Source of the DNA: Phallusia mammillata
Lineage: Eukaryota
Length of the DNA stretch: 64,000 bases
Assembly (NCBI GenBank): GCA_965637545.1
Contig: OZ281497.1
Location: 20,150,001-20,214,000 of the forward strand
Direction: 5' to 3'
The stretch's first letter is position 1; every line of letters starts with the position of its first letter. Position numbers and translations under genes: made by a program. This document shows, piece after piece, positions 41,101 through 53,972 of this stretch. A model generated the notes under the pieces. That model saw nothing but the letters and a program-made list of their open reading frames with translations, did not search any database and was not told the DNA's origin.

Positions 41101-43032
41101 AACCTGGTTCGCGTTAGCAGCGACCACTAGCGACAGCTTTTTCTTCCATCCCTTCTCGTATACTAGCGGTGTGTCACAGGCGTTTTCGCAAGGATCACAG
41201 TGAACCCAGCGGTCCCACTTGTTGATAAATACCTAGAAAACACCAATGGTTAACATTTTCATAACCTTTTTTTGCCCCAATTGTTTGAGTATTAAAGCAA
41301 TACATTTCAAATATAGAAACAAATGGTATAATTTTAGCCGGTTTTATTAGTAGGAGTCTTTGTTTGCTGTGTTTAAAATCAGCGATTAAGACAAATACCT
41401 CAGTCCAAACATGATCAGTCCAATCCATTACATGTCTAGCTTCAAAGTCTAGAGATCTACATATAAGTGTAAAGCAGTTTGCCCATTCTCCACACCGCCC
41501 TGGAAAACAAAACATGATAATAAATTCCTGCACTGGTCAAACATAACTGTGCACAATGACCGTTTCACTTTCTGACACACTGAAAAGAAAGCTTACCTTT
41601 TCTAGTCTCTAGTAGCTTTTCAGGATGGTTGTATCTCGGAAATCTAAGACTTTTTCCGCACTTTCTACAAACATATGCTTCGACTCTTGAGGCTTGCCAT
41701 ATCATATCTTCATCACTTGGAGATGCCATGCCTGGAAATAACGTTTTTTAGATAGTGATCTTGTTTAAGGGTTTTCCTTGGACCAGTCTTTCTAGCAAAA
41801 GTTAACATTTTTTGCGGAGCTTAAAGAAAAAAGTTACCTGTATTTTCCACATTACTGTCATTGTTGCAGTTTGGACATATTGGCTTGTCCATCCATTTGA
41901 AAAAGTCTCGCTTAAACCAAGATAAAACCTCAAGTAGGAGAAAGTGTTGAAAATTTGCAGTGTCTACAAAAGGATAACAAAGTCAGAAAAGCAATTAAAT
42001 AAATACATTCAGAATTGTGATTTTTTCACAAATTTAATTTTGAAGAAATTAATTAATTAAAGTATTTAGCTAGTTTGTCTTTCTATTAGGTTCTACAGCA
42101 ATGCAGCAAGTTTCCAACTCACCTGGTTTCTGTTTATGGGTCATCTTAGTATGTGCTCGGGCGGTAAGTTTATCGAAAGGTACCAATGCTTTTGCTTTTC
42201 TTTGCAAAGATTTATTTTCATAAATAAATGAGTGCTGGAAATGTGAAACAATCCTGCGATTATAAAACATCATACAATATGTTTCAGGAATAAACAAAAC
42301 TGCAATACAATCTGTACATGTGTAATAATTAATTATGGTAAAACACTATTATTCAGTAAAAAGCCTAAACTGCTAAAAGTGTAGCTGTACATTTAGAACA
42401 TTAGAAACCTTTGGTATATGTTTTTTTGAGAAGTCATGACTTCTGGACTGACTTTTTTGTTTTGGGTTTCAAAAGCTTCTTGTAATTGTCTCAGAATTTC
42501 TCTGAGATCTGCAAGATTGTTTGTCATTGCCAGAGTAAAACGGTCATTATCTTCCTGTAAAAAAATGTGAGCAAAACAAATTTATTGTTGGTTGAACAAG
42601 TGCGACAAGTTATTGTAAATGGGTTTTACCTAGCAGCATTACAGTGAGTTCTCAATAATCAAAAAAATGTGAAAACAATAACGAAAACTATTAGCCAACT
42701 TGTTGTTTTAGAGCTTACACAGTATCAAAAGAACAAATACCTGAAACCCCATTTCCATTAAACACTGTACAGCTCCATCAAATGGTAAAATTTTCTCTGT
42801 GAAAGCTTTACTGTCAATCCGAATTGATCGAAACTTTACTTCAGTAGGTGATCTAAAACAAATGAAATTTTCAACTGCAGAGCACCATTTGCAAAATGCA
42901 CACACATGTAAAACACAAATTGAATAATACAAACTTTAAAATGTTGCTTGCAATTCGAATAAGTGTTTTAGATCCCATGTTGAAGTCAACATCACTGTTG
43001 GTTTTTAAAATTTTGACAGCATCGCTCGACAT
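38116..43032 (-). CDS. NGLY1: Peptide-N(4)-(N-acetyl-beta-glucosaminyl)asparagine amidase (PUB, transglutaminase-like core, PAW domains)
   Basis: PUB: [30 protein letters not shown]. Zn ligands CPNC and CRKC. Catalytic region [10 protein letters not shown]...[10 protein letters not shown]...[41 protein letters not shown] end [18 protein letters not shown]...FAKN*. Confidence 0.97.
39590..39663 (-). ncRNA. tRNA-like Pol III element (tRNA pseudogene, SINE head or small ncRNA) in an NGLY1 intron
   Basis: A-box TAGCTGAGTTGG; T-arm/B-box GTGGG-TTCGAAC-CCCAC; T5 run immediately downstream; the acceptor stem does not pair. Confidence 0.55.
40605..40905. mobile_element. MITE of the CAGAGTTGTAAG family (probable hAT)
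   Basis: TIRs CAGAGTTGTAA...TTACAACTCTG; degenerate 8-bp flanks AGCCTGGC/GGCCGGGC (6/8). Confidence 0.7.
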
Positions 43033-43849
43033 GCTTTACTTTCCGAAACCGAAACCTATCATGAGTTTATGACCTCTTGACCTGTCTTCAGGACAAAAAG
43101 TACCGGTAACGGAACTGTAACGATCGATGTGCATTTTACGCCGTACTGTATTTCCATTTGGGTTTAAAACAAAACTAATACACTTTGTGTTGGTGACCGC
43201 AAAATACTCTATAAAAAACTTTTGTTCGGCTGTTTTTAAGTACGTATTAGCAATTTTTTACTTTTGCTTTATGCTAAAATTAAAAACAATTCATCTGGCC
43301 ACAACAACACAACTACAGTACACACATTGACCGTACCGGTACCCGCAAAAAATTGCGTTTTGAATGTTTTTTTCATGCATGTACGAAACAAATTTCTAGA
43401 TAGCATATTGCAAGAACACAGTGAATGTTTTTTTGGCAAAAATATGGTCAGTGTTACTGTTATTATTCAAGTTATGATTCAATATATGATGACAATGTGT
43501 ACTTTTAACTGACGTTTCAAATTCAGTATCTTTTGTTGGGAAATTTAACGCATGACCGGTTTTGCGTAAAATTTTCCTGCAGAGGTTGTTGTTAAACTTG
43601 ATAAGAAACATGCTTTCCTTATTCGTATTTGGAAACAGTTACATGTGTATGGTCTGTGTATGTAATGTAATGCTTACAAGCACATAATAATAGTTTTATT
43701 CTATTCATTTGTGTTATACTTGTTCATCACTTAAAAAGAGTTAAACTGTTGTCTATTGTGGAAACAATTAAACAAATTTGACCTGTATTTTGGCTTTAAG
43801 GTGTGTTCCAAGTTGCATCTATTTTGGCATTTTAGTCGACATCAGTCAA

Positions 43850-46800
43850 ATGAGGATAATCCTGATGCACAAGCAATTTTCTCTTTTATTAACAATTGTT
43901 TTTTTAGCGTTTATTTTTATCGAATGGCAGATTTCTTCTTTACATAACCAACACACAGGTAAGCAGCATGTCTTTTGGTAAAAGAACAACGAAGTCTGTT
44001 CATGTATTTAGGTAAATGCCAATTACATTTAGAGATACGATTACTAAAATTTACTTTTATGGATAAAAATTACTTTTAAGGAAATCATTACTAAATCAGT
44101 TGAATTGTCATGTAAACTACTAAGCAGATGTATTTTTGTTTTGCAGGAATAATCACCCCAAAAGACATCCCCGGAAACAAAATTCGTGAAACCACTAATA
44201 AAGTATGACTTACTACATATTTTATATTAGAACGCCTCAATTCTATGACACATTTACACTGAAATATGATATGCAACATCTCTTTGTGTACAGTTTTTGC
44301 CTGTGGTTCTGTACAATAGAATTCCGAAGAGTGGGAGCACCAGTTTTACAAATCTTGTATATGACTTGTCCAAACAAAATGAAATCTATATTCTTCACAT
44401 AAACACTACTGGAAACAAATTAACAGTTTCTTTGGCAGATCAGGTACTTATCTTTACAAAGTTTGCATAAAAACATAAAAATGATGCATCACGTTTTTGG
44501 TTCTAAACCCAATGAGGTAGAAGTAAATTACTTAATGTCTCAAAACCAGAAGTGTTTACAGCATTAGCAGTGGTGAAAACCTATGCCCTAAACAGCAATT
44601 ATACTTGTACAGTACAAAGTATCATATTCAAAACAGTCAAAAGAATATTAGATTGTAATGTATGTCTAGTGTTGTCAAAATTTTTGTTATCATTTGTGCA
44701 TTTATTATGGGTCCCCTTCTTTTTTCTGTCTAACGCTGGCTTGTGAGACACGTTTGGTCAAGAAAGAGTGCTTTGAATTTACTCAAATTAACAGAGATGT
44801 TAGTTAATAATCCAAATTTGATCCTCCTGAAGTTTGACCCCATTGACCCAGCGGCCCCCAAAACGTAAATTTTTTAAAACAGCTGTACTGACTAAAGTAC
44901 AGCATCTCGAGTTTGATGCTTTGTTGTTTGGTGCAATGTAAGGTTTTTTCAAAGAATTTTGTATCTTTTTTTCGGATTCACCCTTTAAACCCCGAAATAA
45001 TCGGTTTTAGTTTTAGGGCAGAAATACATGTGCAGATATATTTACAAATTTTAACAATTGTCTAAGCAGGGTATTCGTTTAGTATTTAAAATTTTGCCAG
45101 TTACCTTCACAACCCATAATATGTGTACGCTATCAGTCAGATATAAGTCCCAAGGGAGACTTGATGAACGTACTTCGGTTTCGTTTATGTCAGGCAAAAC
45201 GTCGTTCATCACCATAAATATGAAAAAATAAACTTAACTTTTTCGAATGCCGTGATAAATGATCTTTAAATTCTCGTTGTCAGCTTGGCCGCCGCATAAC
45301 CACGGGTCACTAAAGGTCAACTTGTAGGCATTACAACACAGTTAAGAATTTTTCGTCATAACGTATCTTCTTTATTTTTGACAAATCAATTCAAGAATCA
45401 GTACTTAAGTCATGTATTAATTAGGCTGAACGGTATTGTTGAACACTAAGGACTGCATGCTTTTGAAAACAGTGTCAAAAGGTCATTAAACGGTCGTTTT
45501 TGCGAAACAAAGTTAAGTGAAAACCGTTCAGCCTAATTTATACATGACTAGCACTGAAGTGAAGATTTTTTGTAATTATATGACAATAATGATGCAAAAA
45601 GAATGCGGACAAAAACTTTTAAAGTTAAGTCAAGTTTTATTTGCATAGTCACTTAATTATCATCACAGTTAATGCTTTGTCTAAAAATCTAAAAATAACC
45701 GCCACATAGGTTTACCGTAAATCCGCATAAACACGCGTGTGGGGACCCATTCGTTTTTGCTTACAAAAACAATCATTTATGTAGATAAAATTGTGTATAG
45801 TCTAGTAAATTGGTAAATATCGTATGAAATGGAAGTATATCAGAAAGCCACTTTTCTAGTTATTTTACAGATTTCTCTTGCTTGGAATATAACACATTGG
45901 GATGCAGTGAAGCCTGCTTTTTACCATGGACACTTTTATTACTATTCTTTCAGCAGTTTAGGATTTCAAAACCCTTACTACATAAATATTCTTCGGGAAC
46001 CACTTGATCGCTTGGTGTCCCATTACTATTTTCTAAGATATGGAGATGATTATAGAAAGGGATTGTCAAGAAAGAAGCAAGGGGACAAAACTGTAAGTCT
46101 GTGGTCAATGCTACGCCAAGAATTGTGCTATTTTCCTTGCAAATATTTTTTTTTGTCAAATGTTTTTTTACAGACCTTTGATCAGTGTATTGATAGAGGA
46201 GAATATGACTGTCAACCAAAAAAATTATGGCTTCAGATTCCAATGATGTGTGGACAAGCAGCTGAATGCTTGTATGTGTTTTTTCTTCTTGTTTGTGTTG
46301 AAATTATTGTAGATTATAGAAGCTGTTTTTGCATTTTTTTATGCCATAACTGACCATAACAAACAATAAGTACATATTTTCAGTGATAAGAAAGATACAA
46401 ACTGGTCTATTTATGTTGTGCACTACACTAGTTCCAATCAGATACTTTCTGTACAGCTTAATTTACTGCTTTGTTGTATGGCAATTTAGCAGTGTCTGAA
46501 CACTTGGAACAGAGTCTTGTGAAGCTGTGAAATTGTTTTACTTTCTACAGGAAGATTGGTAGTTCATGGGCACTTGCAGAGGCTAAAAAGAATGTCATCA
46601 CACAATACACATTAGTTGGTGTAACTGAGCGAATTGACGAGTTTGTTGAAGTCCTTGAAGCTATTCTGCCCAGTATGTTTCGTGGGATGTCTAAAAAATA
46701 TCGCGAAGGTAAATTTGATTTGTTTTTTTTTTTAAACTATTTTTTTAAGTTATTGAGACAAAGTCCAATGAGCCATTGTATGTTCTAGGCACAAAGTCAC

Positions 46801-47018
46801 ATTTGAGAAATACATTACATAAGGAGCCTTTATCAGAGCAGGGCATTGCAAAAATGAAAAACTCCAAGATCTACAAAATGGAGCGTGAGCTCTATGACTT
46901 TACAGTGAATCATTTCAACTTTATAAAAAAGCAACTGACCGATACAAATGGTGAACTTGTTTCCAATGGTTTCAGATATGAGAAAGTTTATGGTCCCAAA
47001 GGCATGATTATAAAATGA
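43850..47018 (+). CDS. HS2ST1: Heparan sulfate 2-O-sulfotransferase (type II Golgi membrane protein; multi-exon)
   Basis: N-terminal TM MRIILMHKQFSLLLTIVFLAFIFIEWQI; 5'-PSB motif VLYNRIPKSGSTSFTNLVYDL; KPAFYHGH...YINILREPLDRLVSHYYFLRYGDDYRKGLSRKKQG; LWLQIPMMCGQ; SHLRNT. Confidence 0.9.
45408..45549. mobile_element. Small foldback/MITE-like element in an HS2ST1 intron
   Basis: About 27-bp terminal inverted repeats AGTCATGTAT(T/A)AATTAGGCTGAACGGT with one mismatch; no TSD recognised. Confidence 0.6.
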
Positions 47019-48283
47019 GTCAAAATCTTCTGCTATGGTTATATACACAACTAATAAAACATGACTTGGTGAATGCTTATCGCCGGATTAGTCCAGTAGC
47101 AAGATCAACCAATGTTTGTTTCAAGTATTTAAAAATAAACATTGTGACACACATGAAGTATAAAAATGGCTTTTTAACATTTTGTTGACCCTGCTTCTAC
47201 AAAAGGTGCACTGCATACAATGTATGTTGAATTACGTTTTCTTCTCAGAAAGTGCCAAAGTATCAGTGTTGCTTTTATGAGACTAGAAGGTACTTTCAAA
47301 AGCTGGGAGCTTACATAACACTTTTTGATGTTTTATGTTTTATGAAACACCCATATTCTGTAAATTAACCACTTTTGTCGGTTTCGTTTTTTAGTTGTTG
47401 CATTTTGTATTCTGATGTAGGTTTTTGTATGTTTAGTATATGGCAACACAAAACAGTAGCAAAACTGTAATACCTTTTTTGTTTCATGGATTTTACGAAA
47501 TTATTTTTTTTAAGCAGAAGCACTCATTTGCATAAACTTGTAAGCATGTGACAGTACTGCATCCACAAATCGTTTGGTCATTGGTGCAACCACTTTCAAT
47601 TGTTTCTTTTCTATTCTTACCAGCCATTACACTGTGCACTTTTCCAGCACTACCTTTGGATCATACACTTTTTATTTTATGTGCCTATATTGATCACTAA
47701 TTAAATGCATATGTGTTCGTGCCGAATTTTACGGTGCTTATCGCTATTTGAAATGTGTGTATGATGCACTTTGTGGTCAGTGGTTTTGAATAGTTCGCGG
47801 GTTATTTCTGTTTCATTGAGATAAACCAAAAACCTGGGTTAGTAAAAGCTATTCTGAAACACCCAACAAAAGCGCTAAATGTCTCCATCTTAATCCAGGG
47901 AGTCGATCCGGAACTAAATCCGAACCTGCGAACCGGAACGGGCGTTTTCTTTTTCATTACTGCGCACGCGAACTATAGGCTACAATTCTATTCTTAAAAA
48001 CCCGGACTGGTGTTTAACCCATATTTTATTTGGTCTTCAACCCAATTTGGAACCGAACCAGCATAAATGCAGCTTGTATATCGCCACCATAAAAATATTG
48101 TTTACAGAACAACCGACTGAAGATACAGCTATTTGGCGTGTCAAAAATAACGAACTGCATGGTGTCGGTAGAGCACAGTCGAAATTCTGGGGGAGTTTAG
48201 TAAGGCCGTGTAGATAATGGGTAAAGTAAAAACAAACGAAAGGGGATGTAAACCGATTAAATCACCAGAACGCGGTTTGGACC

Positions 48284-48624
48284 CAGTGGCGTAGGCAGCC
48301 AAAAATTTTGGGAGGGGCCAAATAATTTGTTGTCTAATACAACTTTTTGCTAACGCTCGGCGTACTGTTACCAAAAACGTGACTTGCCAAACCGTGGTTC
48401 GACGTTGATTTATTTCATGTCTGCATAAATAAAAAAGCATGGATTTCGGCTTACAACTTGATGACAAAATTCATTTTTAGTAATTTATATATTCCTTTGA
48501 TAGTTGAGAAACGAAACCACAATGATGAGGGACGAAACTACACTAAATTAAAGTTTATCAATGTACAACTTTAAAAATTGGGAGGGGCCATGGCCCCTTT
48601 GGCCCCTCCCTGGCTACGCTACTG
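48284..48624. mobile_element. hAT MITE
   Basis: TIRs CAGTGGCGTAG...CTACGCTACTG; perfect TSD TTTGGACC. Confidence 0.9.
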
Positions 48625-49634
48625 TTTGGACCTGCTGGCCTACGTAGCCTAGGCTACGATGCCATTAACAGAATGAACGACCCTTGTTAATTTGATGAAA
48701 AACTATTACCAAACATCAGCTGAATGTTAATTCGATCCAGTCTTTGCCGAATTTAATGTAGCTACCATCTATGAAAGTGTGCACATAGAGTACAACATGC
48801 AGGAATTTTACGTTCATTGGATGACTTTCAGAACGAGCGCACAAAGAATATAAATGATCGCTGGTCTGCCTCTGCATAGACGCTTCAGATCATCCCAGTT
48901 ACGAATTCATGTTCATCTTAACTGATACGGGCCAATCTGGAAATCTCCCATTACACATTACAAAGCTGAAATGTGCAGCATACGAGACAAGACTTTTCTA
49001 GATCAGTGGTCATACCGGGTACTGTTTAATTGGGCTCCCTGGCTGAGTTTTTAAATAAACAATTTTACTTTAAAGATACTTAATACTTAGCTAAACTCGA
49101 ACAATAATCCAAAGTTGTTGAAAATGACAAAATTGTAAAAATGCGCTTAGGCCTAATTTGTACACAAGCTCCTTGTTCAAATAGTCACAAGTCCCATAGA
49201 AACAAATAAAGAAGATATTTCTCGTGCGCCATTTGCGTTTGTAATTGTCGTGTTTTTACGCATACTAGATTTTACAAATTCTCTAACTGGAAGCGTTTCT
49301 GTGAGATGAAAAATTGCAGAATATTTTTGAAACTTAAACAATATTCCAAATTTAATTTAAAAGTTTGTAACATCACAATTTTTACCGACTGTGACGTAAA
49401 AACACGACTTAATAATGATGAGTGTTAGGTTTTTGAAATTATTTGTTTGCGAGTGTACGTAAGATAGGTGTGAACCAATGTGTGATTTGATTTTCAGACG
49501 TAGTTTTGTTTAGTGCACAATTTTTCTCATTGAAGTCGTATTTTCTCTGGTAAACTCTTAACGGCTATTTCTTCACTTTTAAAGAAGTATATCAGCATTT
49601 CTTTGTACAACCCTGCTGCTGTCACTGCATAAAA

Positions 49635-51509
49635 ATGGTACGTAAGTTTTGCGAATGTTGCAGTTTTTTTAATGCCATAGGCTTATACCTGCCATAGGTA
49701 ATAATATGTTTGTTTGTCACTTTTTTGCTTTTGTTTTCAGGCAAGAAGCGCAGAAAAGGCTGTGTAAGTATCTTTTTTCCTACTTTGTACGCAAAAAATA
49801 ATACACACACATTTCTCAAAATAAACACGCATTTAAATCCATTATTGTTTTTAAAAACCATTTTACAAACCTGTCCATAACATTTATAAACAACTTATTA
49901 TTCAATGAATCAAAAATGTACTTCATGTATGTCAATGTGATGTTTTCGGGTCTGATAGTATCTGAACCATGTCACAAATAATTTGTTTGGTATATTTTTG
50001 TTGGTTTGCACACTAAAAACATGTTACACTATTTTCAATTATGCTTTTTTCTATCAATGAACAGAACTGCCCTTGCTCGATTTCGAAAAATGAAACTTGA
50101 GGAGGGCAAAGTGGTTGAAAGACGACCATATCTTGCTACACACTGTAACAGTTTGAGAAAATGTGAGAAATGGAGAAGACAAATTATCGGAGAGGTTTCA
50201 CGAAAAGTGTCACAGATTCAAAATGCTGGTCTCCCTGATTTTCAGTAAGCGAATATTCATTAAAACTCTTCTGGATTGTTGGTTTCCAATTTCATTTTTT
50301 TGACATAAAGACTTAGAGATTTAAATGATGAAATTAACAAGCTAATGAGAGAGAAACTACATTGGGAGGAACGAATTATTGAGCTTGGTGGTCCAAATTA
50401 CAAAAAAATTGGGCCCAAAATGTTGGATCATGATGGCAAAGAGGTACCTGGGAACAGAGGTTACAAGTACGTAAATTGTTGGTACGTTTATTTCCTTTGT
50501 TGGTCAATTATTACTTTCCTATAGGTATTTTGGTGCAGCTAAAGACTTGCCTGGGGTTAGAGAGTTATTTCAAAAGGATGGTAAGATATGAAACCTTGAT
50601 ACTAACCCTATTTTAAGTGACTTAGAATGATATAATACTTGTACCTTTTAGCACCTAAAAAAGCTCAGAAAACTAGAGGCCAACTTATGAAATTTATTGA
50701 TGCTGATTATTATGGATATAGAGATGAGGATGATGGTGTTATTGTTCCTCTTGAACGAGAGCTTGAAGAAACAGGTAAACACACATATTAAATCCTTCTT
50801 AGCAAATTGAACAATGTCTTTGTTGGTGTTTTAAGTGGTTGCAGAGGCTGTAAGGGAATGGAAAGAAGCAGAGCCTTTAAAAGAAGAAGAAGATAGTGAT
50901 ATTTACAGCCAAGTTAAAACAGAAACAACCGAAGATGGTGAAGAAATCTTTCAGGTATGAAAAAGTAGTGTTGCTTAACTTAATCAAAGAAACACCGTGC
51001 TGTTCTACATTCTATACAGGAAACCTTGGTTAATCTGCACTCATTTAGACCAAAAAAATGCTTGTATCAGGTAAAGATCAAGATTAACCGATGTCAATTA
51101 GTTAAAGCCTTATTTCATTACAAATCATCTGTACCTCCAACAGTTCAATTTGGGAAGTTTCCTAATGAAACACCTATTTTACACGTCACACAGCGGTTGT
51201 TTGGTTGCCTATTCCGGTTTCTAATTCAAAACAACGAGTTAAGCGACCGGACTTCTCAAGAAAACTCTGGATATGCCTCTCTTTCAAGTGGTAGCCAGAC
51301 AAATTCTATTATAGATTGATTGTTTTACAGTTTCGCGAAGTTGAGACACAAGAGGGCGCACGGCCGTTCGTGGCCCATGTACCCGTTCCCTCGCAACAGG
51401 ACGTTGAGGACGCGTTGCTAAGGCGGAAAAAGCGGGAATTGTTGGAGCAGTATGCAAGCGAGGCACTACAAGCACAAAGTGCCGAGGCAAAAACCCTAAT
51501 GGGTTTGTG
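49635..51509 (+). CDS. ISY1: Pre-mRNA splicing factor ISY1 homolog (multi-exon)
   Basis: M|ARSAEKAV|TALARFRKMKLEEGKVVERRPYLATHC...EKWRRQIIGEVSRKVSQIQNAGL; LRDLNDEINKLMREKLHWEERIIELGGPNY...GKEVPGNRGYK|YFGAAKDLPGVRELF; C-terminus VPVPSQQDVEDALLRRKKRELLEQYASE. Confidence 0.97.
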
Positions 51510-52707
51510 ACGTTTCTACCCAATCCAGCTGTTTTATACAGCTTGAAAACAGATCCGTGGATTAAGACAAGGGGCAGTGTTAATGTCATGGATGAAAATT
51601 ACTTTTCGCCAAGTCAAGTCGGCTTTACAGGCAGCCAACACTTTCTATGGCAACAAAGACTATGCGTTCAACCTGCCGAAACCCTCGCACCTTAACACCT
51701 TTCCCAATAAATAAATCGCGATATTTGAACACGAATCACCACGATTGAACTGCCGTGGCGACAATTTAGTTAACACTCAAAACTCTGGAGATTTGACCAC
51801 AAAAGTAAGTCTTCCCAAATCGTGTGAATGTGTGAACATTTTGTTTAGTGTTAGTCAGTCTCAAGGATATCGAACCGAGAGGCGTTGCTGAGAAATGTCC
51901 TATTAAAATTCTTTCCAGGCGGTTTGTTAATATGTTGGCAAATTCTGCCTTTCGTAAGTGGTCATGACTTCCTATATGTTTTGATATAACATGGTTGACA
52001 TGTGAATTTGAAATTTCCACGTTTCATACGCACGTCGACGCCATCAGTGAAAGAACAATGGTCTGGGACTGCATTGCCATGTGCGTTTGCCACTCAGCTC
52101 GTAAATAATTGAGTGGTAACATGCAAGTTAAGTTATTAATTTGCGACTCTCTGTGATTCATGCAGCGCATGACCGCCTCGACAGTGAAGATTAGCGACGT
52201 GAGAACGGAAAAAGGGCGGGTTTTGTTGATAAGTCAGACGGCAAGTCCAAGATAATAAGCCTATCTTGATCAAAAATATAGCTAAAGTCGCGAGGAAATG
52301 TGAAATTATGCGCTGAAAATTGATTTTCTGCTGAGGATCTGAGTACGACGTGCGGTGTACGCATTCAGAAAGTATGATTGCAACTTGTTAGTTTGATGGA
52401 ACATTTCGTCTCACCTGGAAATAAATGCAGGCTTACAGGAAAGTAACCGAGGGCGCAATTTAGATGAATCTAGTTATATAAACTATTCCGAGGGTTTCTC
52501 TACCTTGTTAACCCATCACCCTCAAGAAGATCTTACCTTCTTGCATACCAAATATACATGTAGTTAACAACTACAAGTAAAATTCGCATGTGATTCTAGT
52601 CGCATATTGTCAGGTCGTAGAAAAAATGGCAACGAGTGCACTTATCTGCTCAAAAATAGTTTTATAGTTAGACTCGTTTGTCAATACATTTGAAACACAA
52701 GCATCTC

Positions 52708-52774
52708 TGCGGGCCGCACAACCCTTAATCAATGGGCCACATTCGGCCCGCGGACCGCAGGTTGCACACCCCTG
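52708..52774. mobile_element. Right-end fragment of the 34162-type hAT MITE
   Basis: GCGGGCCGCACAACC...GGCCCGCGGACCGCAGGTTGCACACCCCTG is near-identical to the end of 34162-34485. Confidence 0.75.
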
Positions 52775-53435
52775 GTTTAAAAGGTGCTTTTTGCCTACAA
52801 ACCTTATTTGAACGGATACAATACGTACTGCGATGAAATAATACGCACTGCCAACCTAATTTTACGTGGATGGGAGCTACCGACCGGGACAGACCAGACA
52901 ATCAAACGTGTTAGATTTTACATGCCATCCCAAACGGACAGTGGAATCTTAAAATCCGAAAAGTGCTTCGGTATAAAGAAAACAACGAACCTATATGAGC
53001 TTACGTAACAAGTCACAGATGATGCGCAAGAGTGGTCTGACCTTAGTTGCAGTTTAACAACCTGCACGTAACGTTAACCTCGAAACAGTTCCAAAGTGAC
53101 AAGAGACATGCCGAACATGCCATAATGTGGTTGCGTATTGATCATTACAATGAGGTAATGGTAAAGCTATGTACACATGCTGCATGGTATGTTGTAAGGA
53201 CGGATTCTTTCCTCAATCTGATATAATTATTGAACTCAAATTCGCTATTTTGCAACCTAATAAAGATCTCCCGCAAAGCTGATTGCATGAAAACAATATA
53301 CTTGAACTGGGATTGCACATTTAAACTATGTTTTACGGAATTGGTGTTAGACAATTGCTAAATGCGATTTTCGTTTGTCGCTGTAACATTTTGCTTAATT
53401 TCCGTTTGTCATAGTAGAAATTAGAGCCTATAGGT

Positions 53436-53652
53436 CAGTGGTCGGCAACCGCCGGTCCGCGAGGAGTTCGTTACCGGGCCGTTTAGGTTTTCATGTTAAA
53501 TCCTATTAAACATTTTGCCCATGTATCCCGGGGATGATAAACTAATTTAGGCGTTTTTATTGCTAAATATATGTAGTTTTTTGAAGACCGGTCCGCGATA
53601 AAATTTTAGTTTCAAAAATAGTCCGCAGTGCAAAAAAGGTTGCCGACCTCTG
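53436..53652. mobile_element. hAT (Buster/Charlie-like) MITE
   Basis: TIRs CAGTGGTCGGCAACC...GGTTGCCGACCTCTG; perfect TSD CTATAGGT. Confidence 0.9.
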
Positions 53653-53912
53653 CTATAGGTGAAACCTTTTGGGCCAAATGTGAAGAATGCTTTGACCTGC
53701 TATGTCGTTACTTTATAACGATTAAATGAAGGAGGGAGGGCGTCTTAGGTTGAATTAACATTCCCTGTTTTGCTATTGGTTTCCGAAAACAAGATTAAAA
53801 TCTTGTTGACCTTTTGTTGAAAATTTTAACGGATTTGAATTAAACTGAAATTTTTGGATTTGAATTGAACTGAGTTAAAGATGAAATAAGCTATTGCTGC
53901 CAGGCATAATGT

Positions 53913-53972
53913 ATGACCAAGTATTGCTCATCCAGCAGTTTTATTACTGCTGGATGAGCAAAACTTGGTCAT
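53913..53972. other. 60-nt near-perfect hairpin
   Basis: ATGACCAAGT-A-TTGCTCATCCAGCAGT / loop TTTATT / ACTGCTGGATGAGCAA-A-ACTTGGTCAT: 26 bp with one mismatch. Confidence 0.9.

Noticed and set aside
48643-48658. 16-bp perfect palindrome CGTAGCCTAGGCTACG
   Set aside because: It is adjacent to a MITE end and shares its GGCTACG motif, so it is probably transposon-derived.
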